Positions 1 to 9,436 of a stretch of 64,000 nucleotides of DNA are shown here, in pieces. Below the pieces are notes generated by a model. It was not told where the DNA came from. It was given only the letters and a program-made list of their open reading frames with translations, and searched no databases. The translations under genes and the position numbers were made by a program. Source of the DNA: Spirochaetia bacterium (lineage in GTDB: Bacteria > Spirochaetota > Spirochaetia > CADAEX01); the NCBI GenBank assembly GCA_963662795.1, contig OY759746.1, positions 3,360,001-3,424,000 on the forward strand, given 5' to 3'. Each line of letters begins with the position of its first letter. Position 1 is the stretch's first letter.

Positions 1-81
1 CTGCGTTAAAAGGTTTTTACCTGATGTTTGCCGGTCTATAATTGTTCTTCCCGGTATCACAGTCAGTTGCACAGGTGCTGT

Positions 82-1374
82 TCAGCAGCCGTTGTTTATT
101 AAATCTTCAACCAACTTACGGTCACTGGAAGATATTTTGTTTATTATCTCCTCCGGAAGAAAAAGGCGGATTTTTCTTAAAACTCCTGTAAAACCTTTAA
201 TAACAGGTTTATTGAAGACTGTTCCTGATGATATAAAACTGCTGGCGTTGTTTTCCTTTACTACAGGCATATCTATTTCAAATGAAATCTGTTCCGGAAT
301 ATCGATGATTACTGCCACATCATCCGCTTGAGGTGAGTATTTTTTCCTGATAAACAAAAGTATTTCATTTTCCTTTAAAAGTCTTTTATCAAGAAAAGTA
401 AGACAGTGATGGGCCGAATTTTCAACATCAAAAGGAATTTCAAGTGCAGTTTTATAAATATTTCTTTCTGAAACTCTTTTTAACAGAGAGAAGGGCGGGT
501 AGCTGCTTTTTTTATAGTTCATGAAAAGTGTTTCATCATCAAGCCCGTAAAGCTCATCAGGCTTTATCATATTGTCTTTTATTCCAAGGAAGAGCGCTTT
601 TTTGACCATTGCTGTCGCGCTTCTTACTGTTTTGTGCCAGTAGACTGCCCTGTACATAAGGTATTTTGAAAAGAGCAGGTTCTCAACTGCAGGAAGCCCC
701 GCTTCAAGTACTGCAATATCTGTTTTCCCATGAGGAGTCATGTTGCTGATAATAAAATCTATATCCTGTATTCCGTATGGTACCCCGCAGAAATATGCAT
801 CGCGGTTAAGATAGTCCAGCTTATCAGGGTCAAGAACGCCTGATAGGATATTTCTGAAAAAAAGTATCTCATCTGTAATATCTGCAGTTATATTTTTATC
901 CACAATGGCGGCTGCCATGGCAGGGTCGATTTTAAGACTTTCCTTTATTACGGAAAAAAGCGGATCAGAGAGGATATACTGGCCTGTAAGTATTTCATGA
1001 TCGAGCAGGGGGAGCTCTTTAAGTGAATGTGCATACGGAAAATGCCCCATATCGTGCAGGAGGGACGCGCAAAGAAAAGCCAGCGCCCCTTCCTCTGTGA
1101 TCAGCGGGCATTTCTGTGACATTAATAGCTGTCTCAGAATCCTTTTTGAGATATGAAATACCCCGATACTGTGGCAGAGCCTTGTATGGGTTGCTCCCGG
1201 ATACACATGATATGAAGGGCCGAGCTGTTTTATTTTGTTTAGTTTCTGAAGTGTCCCGGAAGAAAGAATACTTTTCATTCCGGGAGAGAGCATTATATTC
1301 CCCCAGAGGGGATCGCGCACAGGTTCGGTATAATCAATATCCAGGTGGCGGAGCAGTGCTTCTGTTTTTAACAT
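82..1374 (-). CDS. HD-domain phosphohydrolase (SAMHD1/dNTP triphosphohydrolase-like)
   Basis: Motifs RDPLWG, QLG..VYPGATHTRLCHSIGV, LLHDMGHFPYAH, LDPDKLDYLNRDAY, MYRAVYWHK. Confidence 0.88.
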   Translation of the reverse strand: MLKTEALLRHLDIDYTEPVRDPLWGNIMLSPGMKSILSSGTLQKLNKIKQLGPSYHVYPGATHTRLCHSIGVFHISKRILRQLLMSQKCPLITEEGALAFLCASLLHDMGHFPYAHSLKELPLLDHEILTGQYILSDPLFSVIKESLKIDPAMAAAIVDKNITADITDEILFFRNILSGVLDPDKLDYLNRDAYFCGVPYGIQDIDFIISNMTPHGKTDIAVLEAGLPAVENLLFSKYLMYRAVYWHKTVRSATAMVKKALFLGIKDNMIKPDELYGLDDETLFMNYKKSSYPPFSLLKRVSERNIYKTALEIPFDVENSAHHCLTFLDKRLLKENEILLFIRKKYSPQADDVAVIIDIPEQISFEIDMPVVKENNASSFISSGTVFNKPVIKGFTGVLRKIRLFLPEEIINKISSSDRKLVEDLINNGC

Positions 1375-1383
1375 CTGAATCCG

Positions 1384-3315
1384 TTATACCGTTTTTCCCC
1401 TGGTATAATTAAGCATGCCGCCGGCAAGAAGGACTTCTGCCGCTGTTTTGGCAAGATCATGGGTGAAAATCATCTCTTTACCTGTAGTTTTGTTTACAGC
1501 TTTGATGAGGCTGCCTTTTTTGATGTCATCCGCAAACGACGGGAAATAGATAACATCATTTTTTGATATATTTTCGTAATCTGACGGGTCCTTAAAGGTA
1601 AGAGGCATAATCCCGAAGTTTACAAGGTTTGCCTTGTGAATTCTCGCGAAGCTTTTTACAATTACCGCTTTGACCCCAAGATACATTGGAGCAAGAGCAG
1701 CGTGTTCACGCGATGAACCCTGTCCATAGTTTTCCCCTCCCACAATTATTCCTTTCCCTGCTTTTTTCGCGTTTTCATAGAAATCCGGGTCAACAGCCTC
1801 AAAAGTAAACTTTGAAATCTCGGGTACATTTGACCTGAAAGGGAGCACCCTGGCCCCTGCAGGCATTATATGATCAGTTGTGATGTTATCCTCTGTTTTT
1901 ATAAGAACCTGTGCCTCAAACTGTTTCTCTGCGGGCTGCGCCTTGGGACACGGTTTGATATTCGGTCCCCGTTCGATTTCAAGCGAATCAAAGTCTTTTT
2001 CCGGAGCGGGCGGAACAATCATGGAATCATCAATTGAAATGAAGTTTGTATAATCTTTCTGGGTTATTTTTATTTTGCGCGGGTCTGTTATAACTCCGTA
2101 AAGGGCAGATGCCGCGGCTGTTTCAGGGGAAGAAAGGTAGACTTTCGCGTCTTTTGTCCCGCTTCTTCCTTTGAAATTCCTGTTGAATGATCTTATTGAT
2201 ACGCCGCCGGATGACGGGGCAAATCCCATACCGATACACGGTCCGCAAGCGCTCTCGAGTATTCTCGCGCCGCTTTTTACAAGTTTTTTTATTATGCCGG
2301 CTTCTATTGAGCTTTCAAATACCTGTTTGGACCCGGGAGAAATGCCAAGCGATACATTTTCAGCTACTGTTTTGCCGTCCAGTATATCTGAAGCTATACC
2401 AAGGTCATTAATAGAAGAATTGGTGCAGGAGCCGATCGCCGCCTGATCAATTTTAATTCCCTCAATCTCGCTGACCGCTACAACCTTGTCCGGCATATCC
2501 GGCTGCGCAATCATGGGGACTATCTCTGAAAGATTTATCTCAATAACCCTGTCGTATTTGCATCCTTCATCAGATTTGAATTCAACCCATGATTTTTCCC
2601 TCTTCTGAAGTTTGAAAAATTCTTTTGTTATATTGTCTGAGGGGAATATCGATGTTGTCGCGCCAAGTTCAGCGCCCATGTTTGTAATGGTTGATCTCTG
2701 GGGTACTGTAAGTGTCTCAACTCCCGGGCCGAAGTATTCATAAACCCTGCCGACACCGCCTTTAACAGTTTCGATCTGGAGGAGTTTTAGGATTATGTCT
2801 TTTGAACTGCACATGGGTTTCAGTTTTCCGGTAAGTTTTACACCGGTTACAAAAGGCATAGTCATTGTAAAAGGGGCCCCTGCCATTGCGCATGCGATGT
2901 CAAGTCCTCCTGCTCCTATCGAGAGCATCCCAAGCCCTCCTCCTGTAGGAGTATGGGAATCGGAGCCGAGAAGGGTTTTTCCCGGTATCCCGAACCGCTC
3001 AAGATGCACCTGATGGCATATACCGTTCCCTATCCGTGAAAAATATAATCCGTATTTTTTAGCGAAACTCTGAAGAAATTTATGGTCATCCATGTTTTTA
3101 AAATCAGACTGAAGAGTATTGTGATCAATATAGGAAACTGAAAGTTCTGTTTTTACCCTTTTTATCCCCATTGCCTCAAACTGCAGGTATACCATTGTCC
3201 CGGTCGCGTCCTGGGTCAGAGTCTGGTCTATTTTAACTGCAATTTCTTCCCCGGCAGTCATTGAACCTGAAACAAAATGATTTTCTATAATTTTCTGTGT
3301 AAGTGTTTTACTCAT
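1384..3315 (-). CDS. Aconitate hydratase (~643 aa, single-chain type); start moved to MSKTLTQK
   Basis: QDATGT, GICHQ, GSDSHT, IGSCTNSS, CGPCIG, FNRNFKGR, NITTDHI, NYGQGSSREHAA motifs; GGAGA RBS before ATG at 3315. Confidence 0.92.
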   Translation of the reverse strand: MSKTLTQKIIENHFVSGSMTAGEEIAVKIDQTLTQDATGTMVYLQFEAMGIKRVKTELSVSYIDHNTLQSDFKNMDDHKFLQSFAKKYGLYFSRIGNGICHQVHLERFGIPGKTLLGSDSHTPTGGGLGMLSIGAGGLDIACAMAGAPFTMTMPFVTGVKLTGKLKPMCSSKDIILKLLQIETVKGGVGRVYEYFGPGVETLTVPQRSTITNMGAELGATTSIFPSDNITKEFFKLQKREKSWVEFKSDEGCKYDRVIEINLSEIVPMIAQPDMPDKVVAVSEIEGIKIDQAAIGSCTNSSINDLGIASDILDGKTVAENVSLGISPGSKQVFESSIEAGIIKKLVKSGARILESACGPCIGMGFAPSSGGVSIRSFNRNFKGRSGTKDAKVYLSSPETAAASALYGVITDPRKIKITQKDYTNFISIDDSMIVPPAPEKDFDSLEIERGPNIKPCPKAQPAEKQFEAQVLIKTEDNITTDHIMPAGARVLPFRSNVPEISKFTFEAVDPDFYENAKKAGKGIIVGGENYGQGSSREHAALAPMYLGVKAVIVKSFARIHKANLVNFGIMPLTFKDPSDYENISKNDVIYFPSFADDIKKGSLIKAVNKTTGKEMIFTHDLAKTAAEVLLAGGMLNYTRGKTV

Positions 3316-3346
3316 ACGGATCTCCATTATTTGACAGTGATACATG

Positions 3347-3375
3347 ATTATAATTTTATTTGCATAAATTGTCAA
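3347..3375 (-). promoter_or_regulatory. sigma70-type promoter of the aconitase-HD operon
   Basis: Minus strand TTGACA(3375-3370)-17 bp-TATAAT(3352-3347), perfect consensus. Confidence 0.8.
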
Positions 3376-3460
3376 AAGCGGACTTGGAAAAAGTGGAATT
3401 CTAAGATAGAAAAAGAAGAAAATAATGGGGATACTCAGGGAAAGTGCTATAATTTTGGAA

Positions 3461-4063
3461 ATGAAAATTTGCAGATTCATATGGATTTCTGTATCAATTG
3501 GATTTTTTTTGTTTTTTTCAGGTTGTGACAGGGTATACAGGAAAAAAGACATAGACAGGGAAATTCATATAAGAAAAAACTATAGAATTGAGTACTACTT
3601 AAACAGGGAAGCCAGCCTGCAGACAGAGAAAGCTGTCAATACGGCTTTCCTGCTGTGGGAGGATTCTTCAGATTTTAGGTTTATCTATTCGGGAAGTGGG
3701 AAAGCCGGGCTTAAGCGGGACGGCAGGAATACAATATCTTTCATGCTCACCTGGCCGGATGAAGCACCTGCAGGGAAAGCTGCCTGGTGCCTTAATTACT
3801 ATGACAGAAACGGAAATATTGTTGAATCCGACATTATCTTCAACATGGCCCTTGCCCGGTTTACCACACTCGAAACAAAAACTCCAGACTCATATTACAT
3901 CGAAGGACTTTTAGCCCATGAGATAGGTCATATGCTGGGGCTTGAGCACATAGATTCCGCTGATTCCCTCATGAAACCGATGTTATCTCAAAGCGAATCA
4001 TATTTTATGGGCAGGATTGATGATGAGACAATAAGGCAGTATAAAAAACTTTATCCTGAATAA
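3461..4063 (+). CDS. Matrixin-like (metzincin) metalloprotease, probable lipoprotein
   Basis: HEIGHMLGLEH zinc motif and SLMKP Met-turn; hydrophobic N-terminus ending FFSGC; start placed at ATG 3461, 7 nt after TGcTATAAT. Confidence 0.8.
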   Translation: MKICRFIWISVSIGFFLFFSGCDRVYRKKDIDREIHIRKNYRIEYYLNREASLQTEKAVNTAFLLWEDSSDFRFIYSGSGKAGLKRDGRNTISFMLTWPDEAPAGKAAWCLNYYDRNGNIVESDIIFNMALARFTTLETKTPDSYYIEGLLAHEIGHMLGLEHIDSADSLMKPMLSQSESYFMGRIDDETIRQYKKLYPE

Positions 4064-4220
4064 CAATTCTGTAGATTCTTAAGCTGCTTAATAATACGGT
4101 TCCATCTATCTGAAAATAATCTGCTTTTAAGCCCGGAACAGACCAACCATAAAAAAATAATACGGTATTCCCGCCCGCAATAAACCCGGCCTGTCCCGGT
4201 TGAATTTTAAACTGACATTT

Positions 4221-4757
4221 TTACTTGAACCAGACGATAGGTCTTATTGATACATTTGCGCTGCTTATATCTCCTGCTGCTCCTGAATGGACTGTATCGT
4301 GCCAGCCATATAAAGTTGAAGTTTCTGATGGAATTGAAACCATACCAATATGGGAATAATAATTCCCGTCACCTGGAAGACTGAACTGGGATACAATATC
4401 GCTGCCGGAATCTGTTGCGCTGAATTGTATATATAACTGATACTCAGTCCCTGAAGTGCCGATAATTTCCACCATAGCCATAGTTGAGCCTGAAGGCACT
4501 GTAAAACCTGCAGAGGTTCTTCCAGTCCAGCCTGCTCCTGTCAGGTTTTGCGGTGCCGCTGAATCCCATTCCGGCAGCATCGCATCAACCTCAGATTTCG
4601 TATAATAACTGCTGGCATCAAAGTCAGCTCCCTCTCCTCCGCTTGCCCCTGGCTCTGAACAGGATAGAACTAAAACAAGTGCAATTGCAGTAACAGATGC
4701 GCTTAATAAACAAAGCAGCGCCGTTATTCCCATACTGAAAGTTTTTTTATTTTCCAT
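4221..4757 (-). CDS. Hypothetical lipoprotein
   Basis: Signal peptide ending VLSC, Gly/Ser linker, YYTKSEVD segment, beta-rich C-terminus; AGGAGG RBS. Confidence 0.7.
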   Translation of the reverse strand: MENKKTFSMGITALLCLLSASVTAIALVLVLSCSEPGASGGEGADFDASSYYTKSEVDAMLPEWDSAAPQNLTGAGWTGRTSAGFTVPSGSTMAMVEIIGTSGTEYQLYIQFSATDSGSDIVSQFSLPGDGNYYSHIGMVSIPSETSTLYGWHDTVHSGAAGDISSANVSIRPIVWFK

Positions 4758-4810
4758 ACCGTATCCTCCTGAAAAATATATATTTCAGTTTAGATATCAG
4801 CTGTCTTGAT

Positions 4811-4865
4811 CAGCAATCGTGGGAATTACGTATTTTTTAGCTAAAACTGTCGTGGGAATTACGTA
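4811..4865 (-). promoter_or_regulatory. Tandem 16-bp direct repeat TCGTGGGAATTACGTA (4817-4832, 4850-4865), candidate LuxR-family binding sites
   Basis: Exact repeat with a 33-bp period between the LuxR gene stop and the lipoprotein gene; near-identical copy at 51734-51763. Confidence 0.7.
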
Positions 4866-6112
4866 GATGAGTCAATTCTGTATCTTGAAGTGAGTGCAAA
4901 AAGCTCGATCCTGTTTGAAGTGCCGGTTTTCTGAAATATATTTGTAAGATGTGTTTCTACTGTACGTTCTGAAATAAAAAGCATCTCCGCTATCTGCCGG
5001 CTGCTTTTCCCTTCAGCGCATAATTCAATAATCTCCATTTCCCTTTTTGTGATTTTATGGGTTTTGATAAAATCAGAAATACATTCATTTATCCTTGAAA
5101 GAACCAGAAAACCACTGATTTCGTTAAATGAATCGGTAAGTACTTTTATATATGAGTCACTGTACAGGGGATGATCTTTGTTGAGAAAAATCAGTCTGCA
5201 TTTCATATTTACTGTAATGCTATCTTTCATAACTGAGAAAATTGACATGGTTTTTTCCGGTTCCTGTATGAGGCCGGGGAAATAAACAGGATTTTTTTCA
5301 AAATCCCGGTCAATTACAAGAGTTTTTGCTGCATAAAGATTTGCGTTTGAAATATTCAAAGAAGTATCAATGATAAATACCATCTCGTTTATATTGTCCA
5401 GAACCTCATTTGCAACCAGAAAAGGTGTGATTTCCAGAAAATTATATCTTAAAAGGATAAACCACAGGCCGTATATATAAAAAGCAACTGTTAACGGGCC
5501 AAGCGGGGGGATGTGAATATTGAAAATATACGGGAAAAGAAAATCGAGAAAGCTTCCAATAAAAAGGGTCATAAGGGTGAAAACAGAAATAAGCAGCGCC
5601 TGTCTTTGCTGTATCCGTCTGCCGGAGTGTGATGCCCATTTATGAATCAGGTAAACAGTTGACGCGGTATAGGGAAAGTAATACAGCAGATATACCCAGA
5701 ACCATGGGGACCCGTAAGCCGGAGAATAACGCCATATCCCGTTCAGTAAAATAAAATCCTTAAAAAGGGATGAAGAAATAAATGTCGAGGCAAGAATAAA
5801 AGGGACAGGAATATAAATCAGCAGATCCTTTTTTCTGAATCCGTTACGGTAAGCAAGATTAAGATAAAAATGGAGATTAAATGCGTAGAAAGGGGCAAAC
5901 CCTAATGATGAAAGCCTGTACCAGAAAACTACGGTTTCCCGGTCATCTCCTGAAACAGAGTAACCGGCACAAAAAAGAAATATTGACATGGTAAAACACA
6001 TCAGAAAAAATAGTTTTCTGGCGTATTTTCTCCCTTCACCCTTAAGCGCAATAACCCCGAGAAAAATACAGCTTACAGACATTGCTGCCGTGAATGCAAG
6101 ATACAGTTTCAT
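4859..6112 (-). CDS. Membrane-bound one-component regulator: 7TM (HisKA_7TM-like) + PAS-like + LuxR/GerE HTH
   Basis: About seven hydrophobic segments in the first ~225 aa; VLDNINEMVFIID PAS-like start; C-terminal ITKREMEIIELCAEGKSSRQIAEMLFISERTVETHLTNIFQK. Confidence 0.85.
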   Translation of the reverse strand: MKLYLAFTAAMSVSCIFLGVIALKGEGRKYARKLFFLMCFTMSIFLFCAGYSVSGDDRETVVFWYRLSSLGFAPFYAFNLHFYLNLAYRNGFRKKDLLIYIPVPFILASTFISSSLFKDFILLNGIWRYSPAYGSPWFWVYLLYYFPYTASTVYLIHKWASHSGRRIQQRQALLISVFTLMTLFIGSFLDFLFPYIFNIHIPPLGPLTVAFYIYGLWFILLRYNFLEITPFLVANEVLDNINEMVFIIDTSLNISNANLYAAKTLVIDRDFEKNPVYFPGLIQEPEKTMSIFSVMKDSITVNMKCRLIFLNKDHPLYSDSYIKVLTDSFNEISGFLVLSRINECISDFIKTHKITKREMEIIELCAEGKSSRQIAEMLFISERTVETHLTNIFQKTGTSNRIELFALTSRYRIDSST

Positions 6113-6118
6113 AAGAAA

Positions 6119-6148
6119 ATTATATGGTTATAATCAGGGAGCTGTCAA
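6119..6148 (-). promoter_or_regulatory. sigma70 promoter, probably leaderless, for the LuxR-family gene
   Basis: TTGACA(6148-6143)-18 bp-TATAAT(6124-6119)-6 nt-ATG(6112); no RBS. Confidence 0.7.
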
Positions 6149-6180
6149 ATAAAGCGTAATATATGATATAATAACAGAAC

Positions 6181-6864
6181 ATGAAGTTGACACATATTAT
6201 GATTATTACAGCTTTAACATTCGCTTTGTTATTTACTACAGCCGGATGCAGGGATGGAAAAGAAAAATCATCTGCAGCATCAGATGAAAAAAACATACAG
6301 AATACCGATAATCCCGGAAAAGCAGAATCCCCTGTTCAAAGCGGGCCGGAGCGTATTGAACTTGAACCTGCTCCCGGAAGCAGTTCATCAGAGACTTTAA
6401 AATTGAAATCCAGTTTAGTTTCTGAAATTGGATCTGTTTTTATTACTCCCGATGATTTTGAGATAGGGCCGCTGCTTGTTCATGACGGCGAAGACAGTTA
6501 TGCGCTTTTTATAAATAATTTTTTCAAAGAGCTTGAGAAGGGTAAAATAGCACGGGATATGATAGATCCTAAGAATATTCAGTTTTTAACTCAGGTTTTT
6601 GAATCATCAATCCGGTCGGATCATGTTCCGGATAATATAAGAATTGGCGAAGCTGTAAGAATATCCGGCAGCAGCAGCGGTTCTGAAAGCATAAGATTAA
6701 ATCTCAGGCTCTTCAAAGGGAATAACAGGACAGAAGGGGAAATATTTCTTATTGATCAGGGAGGCAGCTTCAAAATAAGCAATTTTAACGGCGATCTTTC
6801 AAGGCTTGATATTGAGTATGCGGGAAATGAAGGGAAATTTGAACCTGAGATATACAGGTTTTAA
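6181..6864 (+). CDS. Hypothetical lipoprotein
   Basis: Signal peptide ending TTAGC, polar linker, globular C-terminus; TGaTATAAT 8 nt upstream of ATG. Confidence 0.7.
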   Translation: MKLTHIMIITALTFALLFTTAGCRDGKEKSSAASDEKNIQNTDNPGKAESPVQSGPERIELEPAPGSSSSETLKLKSSLVSEIGSVFITPDDFEIGPLLVHDGEDSYALFINNFFKELEKGKIARDMIDPKNIQFLTQVFESSIRSDHVPDNIRIGEAVRISGSSSGSESIRLNLRLFKGNNRTEGEIFLIDQGGSFKISNFNGDLSRLDIEYAGNEGKFEPEIYRF

Positions 6865-7032
6865 GGCAAGTATGTTCAATACTCCCTTTGAAAAACTATT
6901 TACTGCCTAAATATATATAGCAGAGGTTTTTTAAAAAATTGTCTGCAACATGGTTGTTTTTCTGACTATTTGATTTAAATTTGTATTAGTGAGTAGAATA
7001 TAATAAATGTATTATTATTCCGGAGGATCCAG

Positions 7033-8274
7033 GTGGGTGTTGAGACAAACAGAATTGAATCTGAGTTTATAATAAAATCGGTTATTGAGAAAAATATCCC
7101 GATTGCAGTTCATATAAAAAGAAATAAAATTGAGGGTGTCATAACTGATTTTATAATTGATAAGAAAATAATGATCAGTATTTCGCCTGATCAAATAAGT
7201 GAAGCGGCTGCCGGAGATGAAATATGTATCTATTTTTCCTATTTCAGTCATGTAATGAATTTTTGCGCAAGGATTCTTGGTGTTAATGAGGATGGGATAA
7301 CAGTAACATATCCGCCAAAAATATATAAAAATCTGAGCAGGAAATATGAGAGAGTACCTGCTCCTGAAAATGCCAAAATTGTTTTTACCGTCAAAGGTGA
7401 AAAATTCCAGCTTGATTTTCCAAAAACGGAAGAATACAATTCAGTTGATTTTCCCGAATTCAATACCGATGATTATGCGGTTGACAATATAACACAGCTG
7501 ATTACAGATTTCAGAACTAAAATTCTCGAAACAGCAAGTTATGTAAATATCATAACCTATAGAAAAAGCAAACCGGAAACACTGGAGGAACAGTTTATAT
7601 CGCTTTCAGGCAAGGTTTTGTATTTACCCTCTACAAATCAGCCGCTTCCCGAATTTATAGAGTCTGTCGAAGTACCTGTTCTCAATTCCGAGCTTGCAGA
7701 TACGCTTGTTATTGACGGGGTTAAAAAACTCAAAACACGTAATTTCGAGAAAAGCAGCAAGGGAATCCATTCTGAAATATACTGCCCTGTTTTATACCTT
7801 GAGTATGTAGTAGGTTATATACATGTCCAGAACAAAGATAAAAACAAATCAGGTATAAGTCCTGAAATTCTTGAATATGTTTATCAATTTTCCAAAGTTC
7901 TTGCCTTTTCACTGAAAATGAGCGGTTATTTCAAGGAAAAAATTGAAACCACGGAAAAATATGAAAGCACAATAATCGATATCAGCGCATCAGGACTGCT
8001 GTTCGGTTCAAATTCCAAAAAACTGGAAAAACTTTTTTTTCTTTATACTGATATAAAAATTGACCTTTACCTGGAAGAAAAAACAATACCTATATCCTGC
8101 AGAATCATGAGAAAGTACAAAAGCGGAGATACTGTTTTTTATGGACTTATCATCCTTGGAATCAAAGAGGAAGATTTTGAAGATCTGTTCCAGCTTGTTT
8201 ACGGCCGTAAAGCTACTGATGAAGATGTTGAGTTGTGGGAAGGAGGCTCAGCCCCTCCAGAGATCAATTTTTGA
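7033..8274 (+). CDS. PilZ-domain (DUF1577-like) c-di-GMP effector candidate
   Basis: RKYER (RxxxR) motif after an N-terminal barrel; C-terminal DISASG motif; central GAF-like IYCPVLYLEYVVGYI; GGAGG RBS before GTG. Confidence 0.7.
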   Translation: MGVETNRIESEFIIKSVIEKNIPIAVHIKRNKIEGVITDFIIDKKIMISISPDQISEAAAGDEICIYFSYFSHVMNFCARILGVNEDGITVTYPPKIYKNLSRKYERVPAPENAKIVFTVKGEKFQLDFPKTEEYNSVDFPEFNTDDYAVDNITQLITDFRTKILETASYVNIITYRKSKPETLEEQFISLSGKVLYLPSTNQPLPEFIESVEVPVLNSELADTLVIDGVKKLKTRNFEKSSKGIHSEIYCPVLYLEYVVGYIHVQNKDKNKSGISPEILEYVYQFSKVLAFSLKMSGYFKEKIETTEKYESTIIDISASGLLFGSNSKKLEKLFFLYTDIKIDLYLEEKTIPISCRIMRKYKSGDTVFYGLIILGIKEEDFEDLFQLVYGRKATDEDVELWEGGSAPPEINF

Positions 8275-8874
8275 AAATATAAAAAGCCCCCAGAAAAAAA
8301 ACGAGAAAAGTATAAAAAAAGTATTGTCTGCCCTGCCGGATTTTATCCTGAAGGAGGTGGCTGAAGGTATCTCTTCTTCCTTTTCAGATAAACCTTCAAT
8401 TTCAATAAGTCTTGCATCTATCTGTCCGATGATATCGGATTTTACATTCAGTTTCATTTCAGTGAATTTTTCAAAATAATAAAAAGTTTTGTACAAAAGG
8501 AGCCCTGTTTTTCCCGGAAAGATGAGCTCTTTTCTTACAGCAAATCTTGAAATATAAACTGATCCGATAAGAAGCAGTGATTTTTCAATACCGGAAATTA
8601 AAGCCTCTTCTGTAATAAACACTGGGCCTGCTGTGAAAATTACCTTACCGCCGAAAGGATAAATGTTTGCAAGCAGCACTCCTGCAGTAAGGATGATGTT
8701 GGGCAGGAGCCTGAAATTCCTTCCGGAAAAAAGGTTCATCAGTATAATAATTGCTGTAAAAACCAGTCGTATTGCTGTGTTTTCAGTAAACAAAAAAGGG
8801 ATCATTACAGAAAGGCCGGTATAAAAAAAAGTTTTTGGAATGATGCTTTTAAAGAGATTGGGAAGTCTAACCAT
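8248..8874 (-). CDS. Short EcfT/CbiQ-like membrane protein
   Basis: Several TM segments, PFGGKVIF..GPVFIT.EALISG pattern; translationally coupled to the Gx transporter gene. Confidence 0.5.
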   Translation of the reverse strand: MVRLPNLFKSIIPKTFFYTGLSVMIPFLFTENTAIRLVFTAIIILMNLFSGRNFRLLPNIILTAGVLLANIYPFGGKVIFTAGPVFITEEALISGIEKSLLLIGSVYISRFAVRKELIFPGKTGLLLYKTFYYFEKFTEMKLNVKSDIIGQIDARLIEIEGLSEKEEEIPSATSFRIKSGRADNTFFILFSFFFWGLFIFSKIDLWRG

Positions 8875-9436
8875 TTCCAGGCTCTTTTGCAGGTTTTTTT
8901 TCCGAAATTTTGTTTGAGACCATGGAAAGCCATTTCGATTTCGAAATAAAAGACTGAGCGAACATCCCTATAAGTATTGAACTTACGGTGCCTGTGATTA
9001 AAACAGGCGGTGCAATAATAAGTGCCGCTTCGCCGAAAATAACAAGCCGCGCTATATAAAGCTGGATTATATTGCTTGCCAGAGCTCCCAGTACTGATAT
9101 GCCTATCATTGAAATGTGTTTCCTGAAAATATTTTTACCCAGGATCATCGCAGCTCCGCCCGCAACAGAGCCGAAAAAAGAAAAGAGGAAAATATAGGAA
9201 AAAACAGTCCCTGTAATTATTCCCTGCCCGGCAATTTTAAGGAGGACAAGCACAAAGGAGAGAGCTGGTGAAAATATTTCAAGCGATATTAAAATGGGAA
9301 TGTTCGCGATTCCAAGCCGCAGGAACGGGAGAGGTTTCGGGATGATATATTCTATCATTGACAGGAATACACAGCAGCCTGAAAGGAGGGCAAGGGTTTC
9401 CCTTTTGTCAAAAACTGACTGCATCAATTTTTTCAT
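8867..9436 (-). CDS. Gx transporter family protein (ECF S-component-like; often labelled heptaprenyl diphosphate synthase component I)
   Basis: LSMIEYIIPKPLPFLRLGIANI, SMIGISVLGALASNIIQL motifs; ~6 TM. Confidence 0.8.
   Translation of the reverse strand: MKKLMQSVFDKRETLALLSGCCVFLSMIEYIIPKPLPFLRLGIANIPILISLEIFSPALSFVLVLLKIAGQGIITGTVFSYIFLFSFFGSVAGGAAMILGKNIFRKHISMIGISVLGALASNIIQLYIARLVIFGEAALIIAPPVLITGTVSSILIGMFAQSFISKSKWLSMVSNKISEKKPAKEPGNG

Noticed and set aside
1-81. Possible start of a next minus-strand gene (GTG near 60)
   Set aside because: Too short at the window edge to support
3316-3552. 79-aa N-terminal extension of aconitase in the ORF track
   Set aside because: It spans a perfect promoter and overlaps the divergent protease gene; RBS and family motifs support the start at 3315
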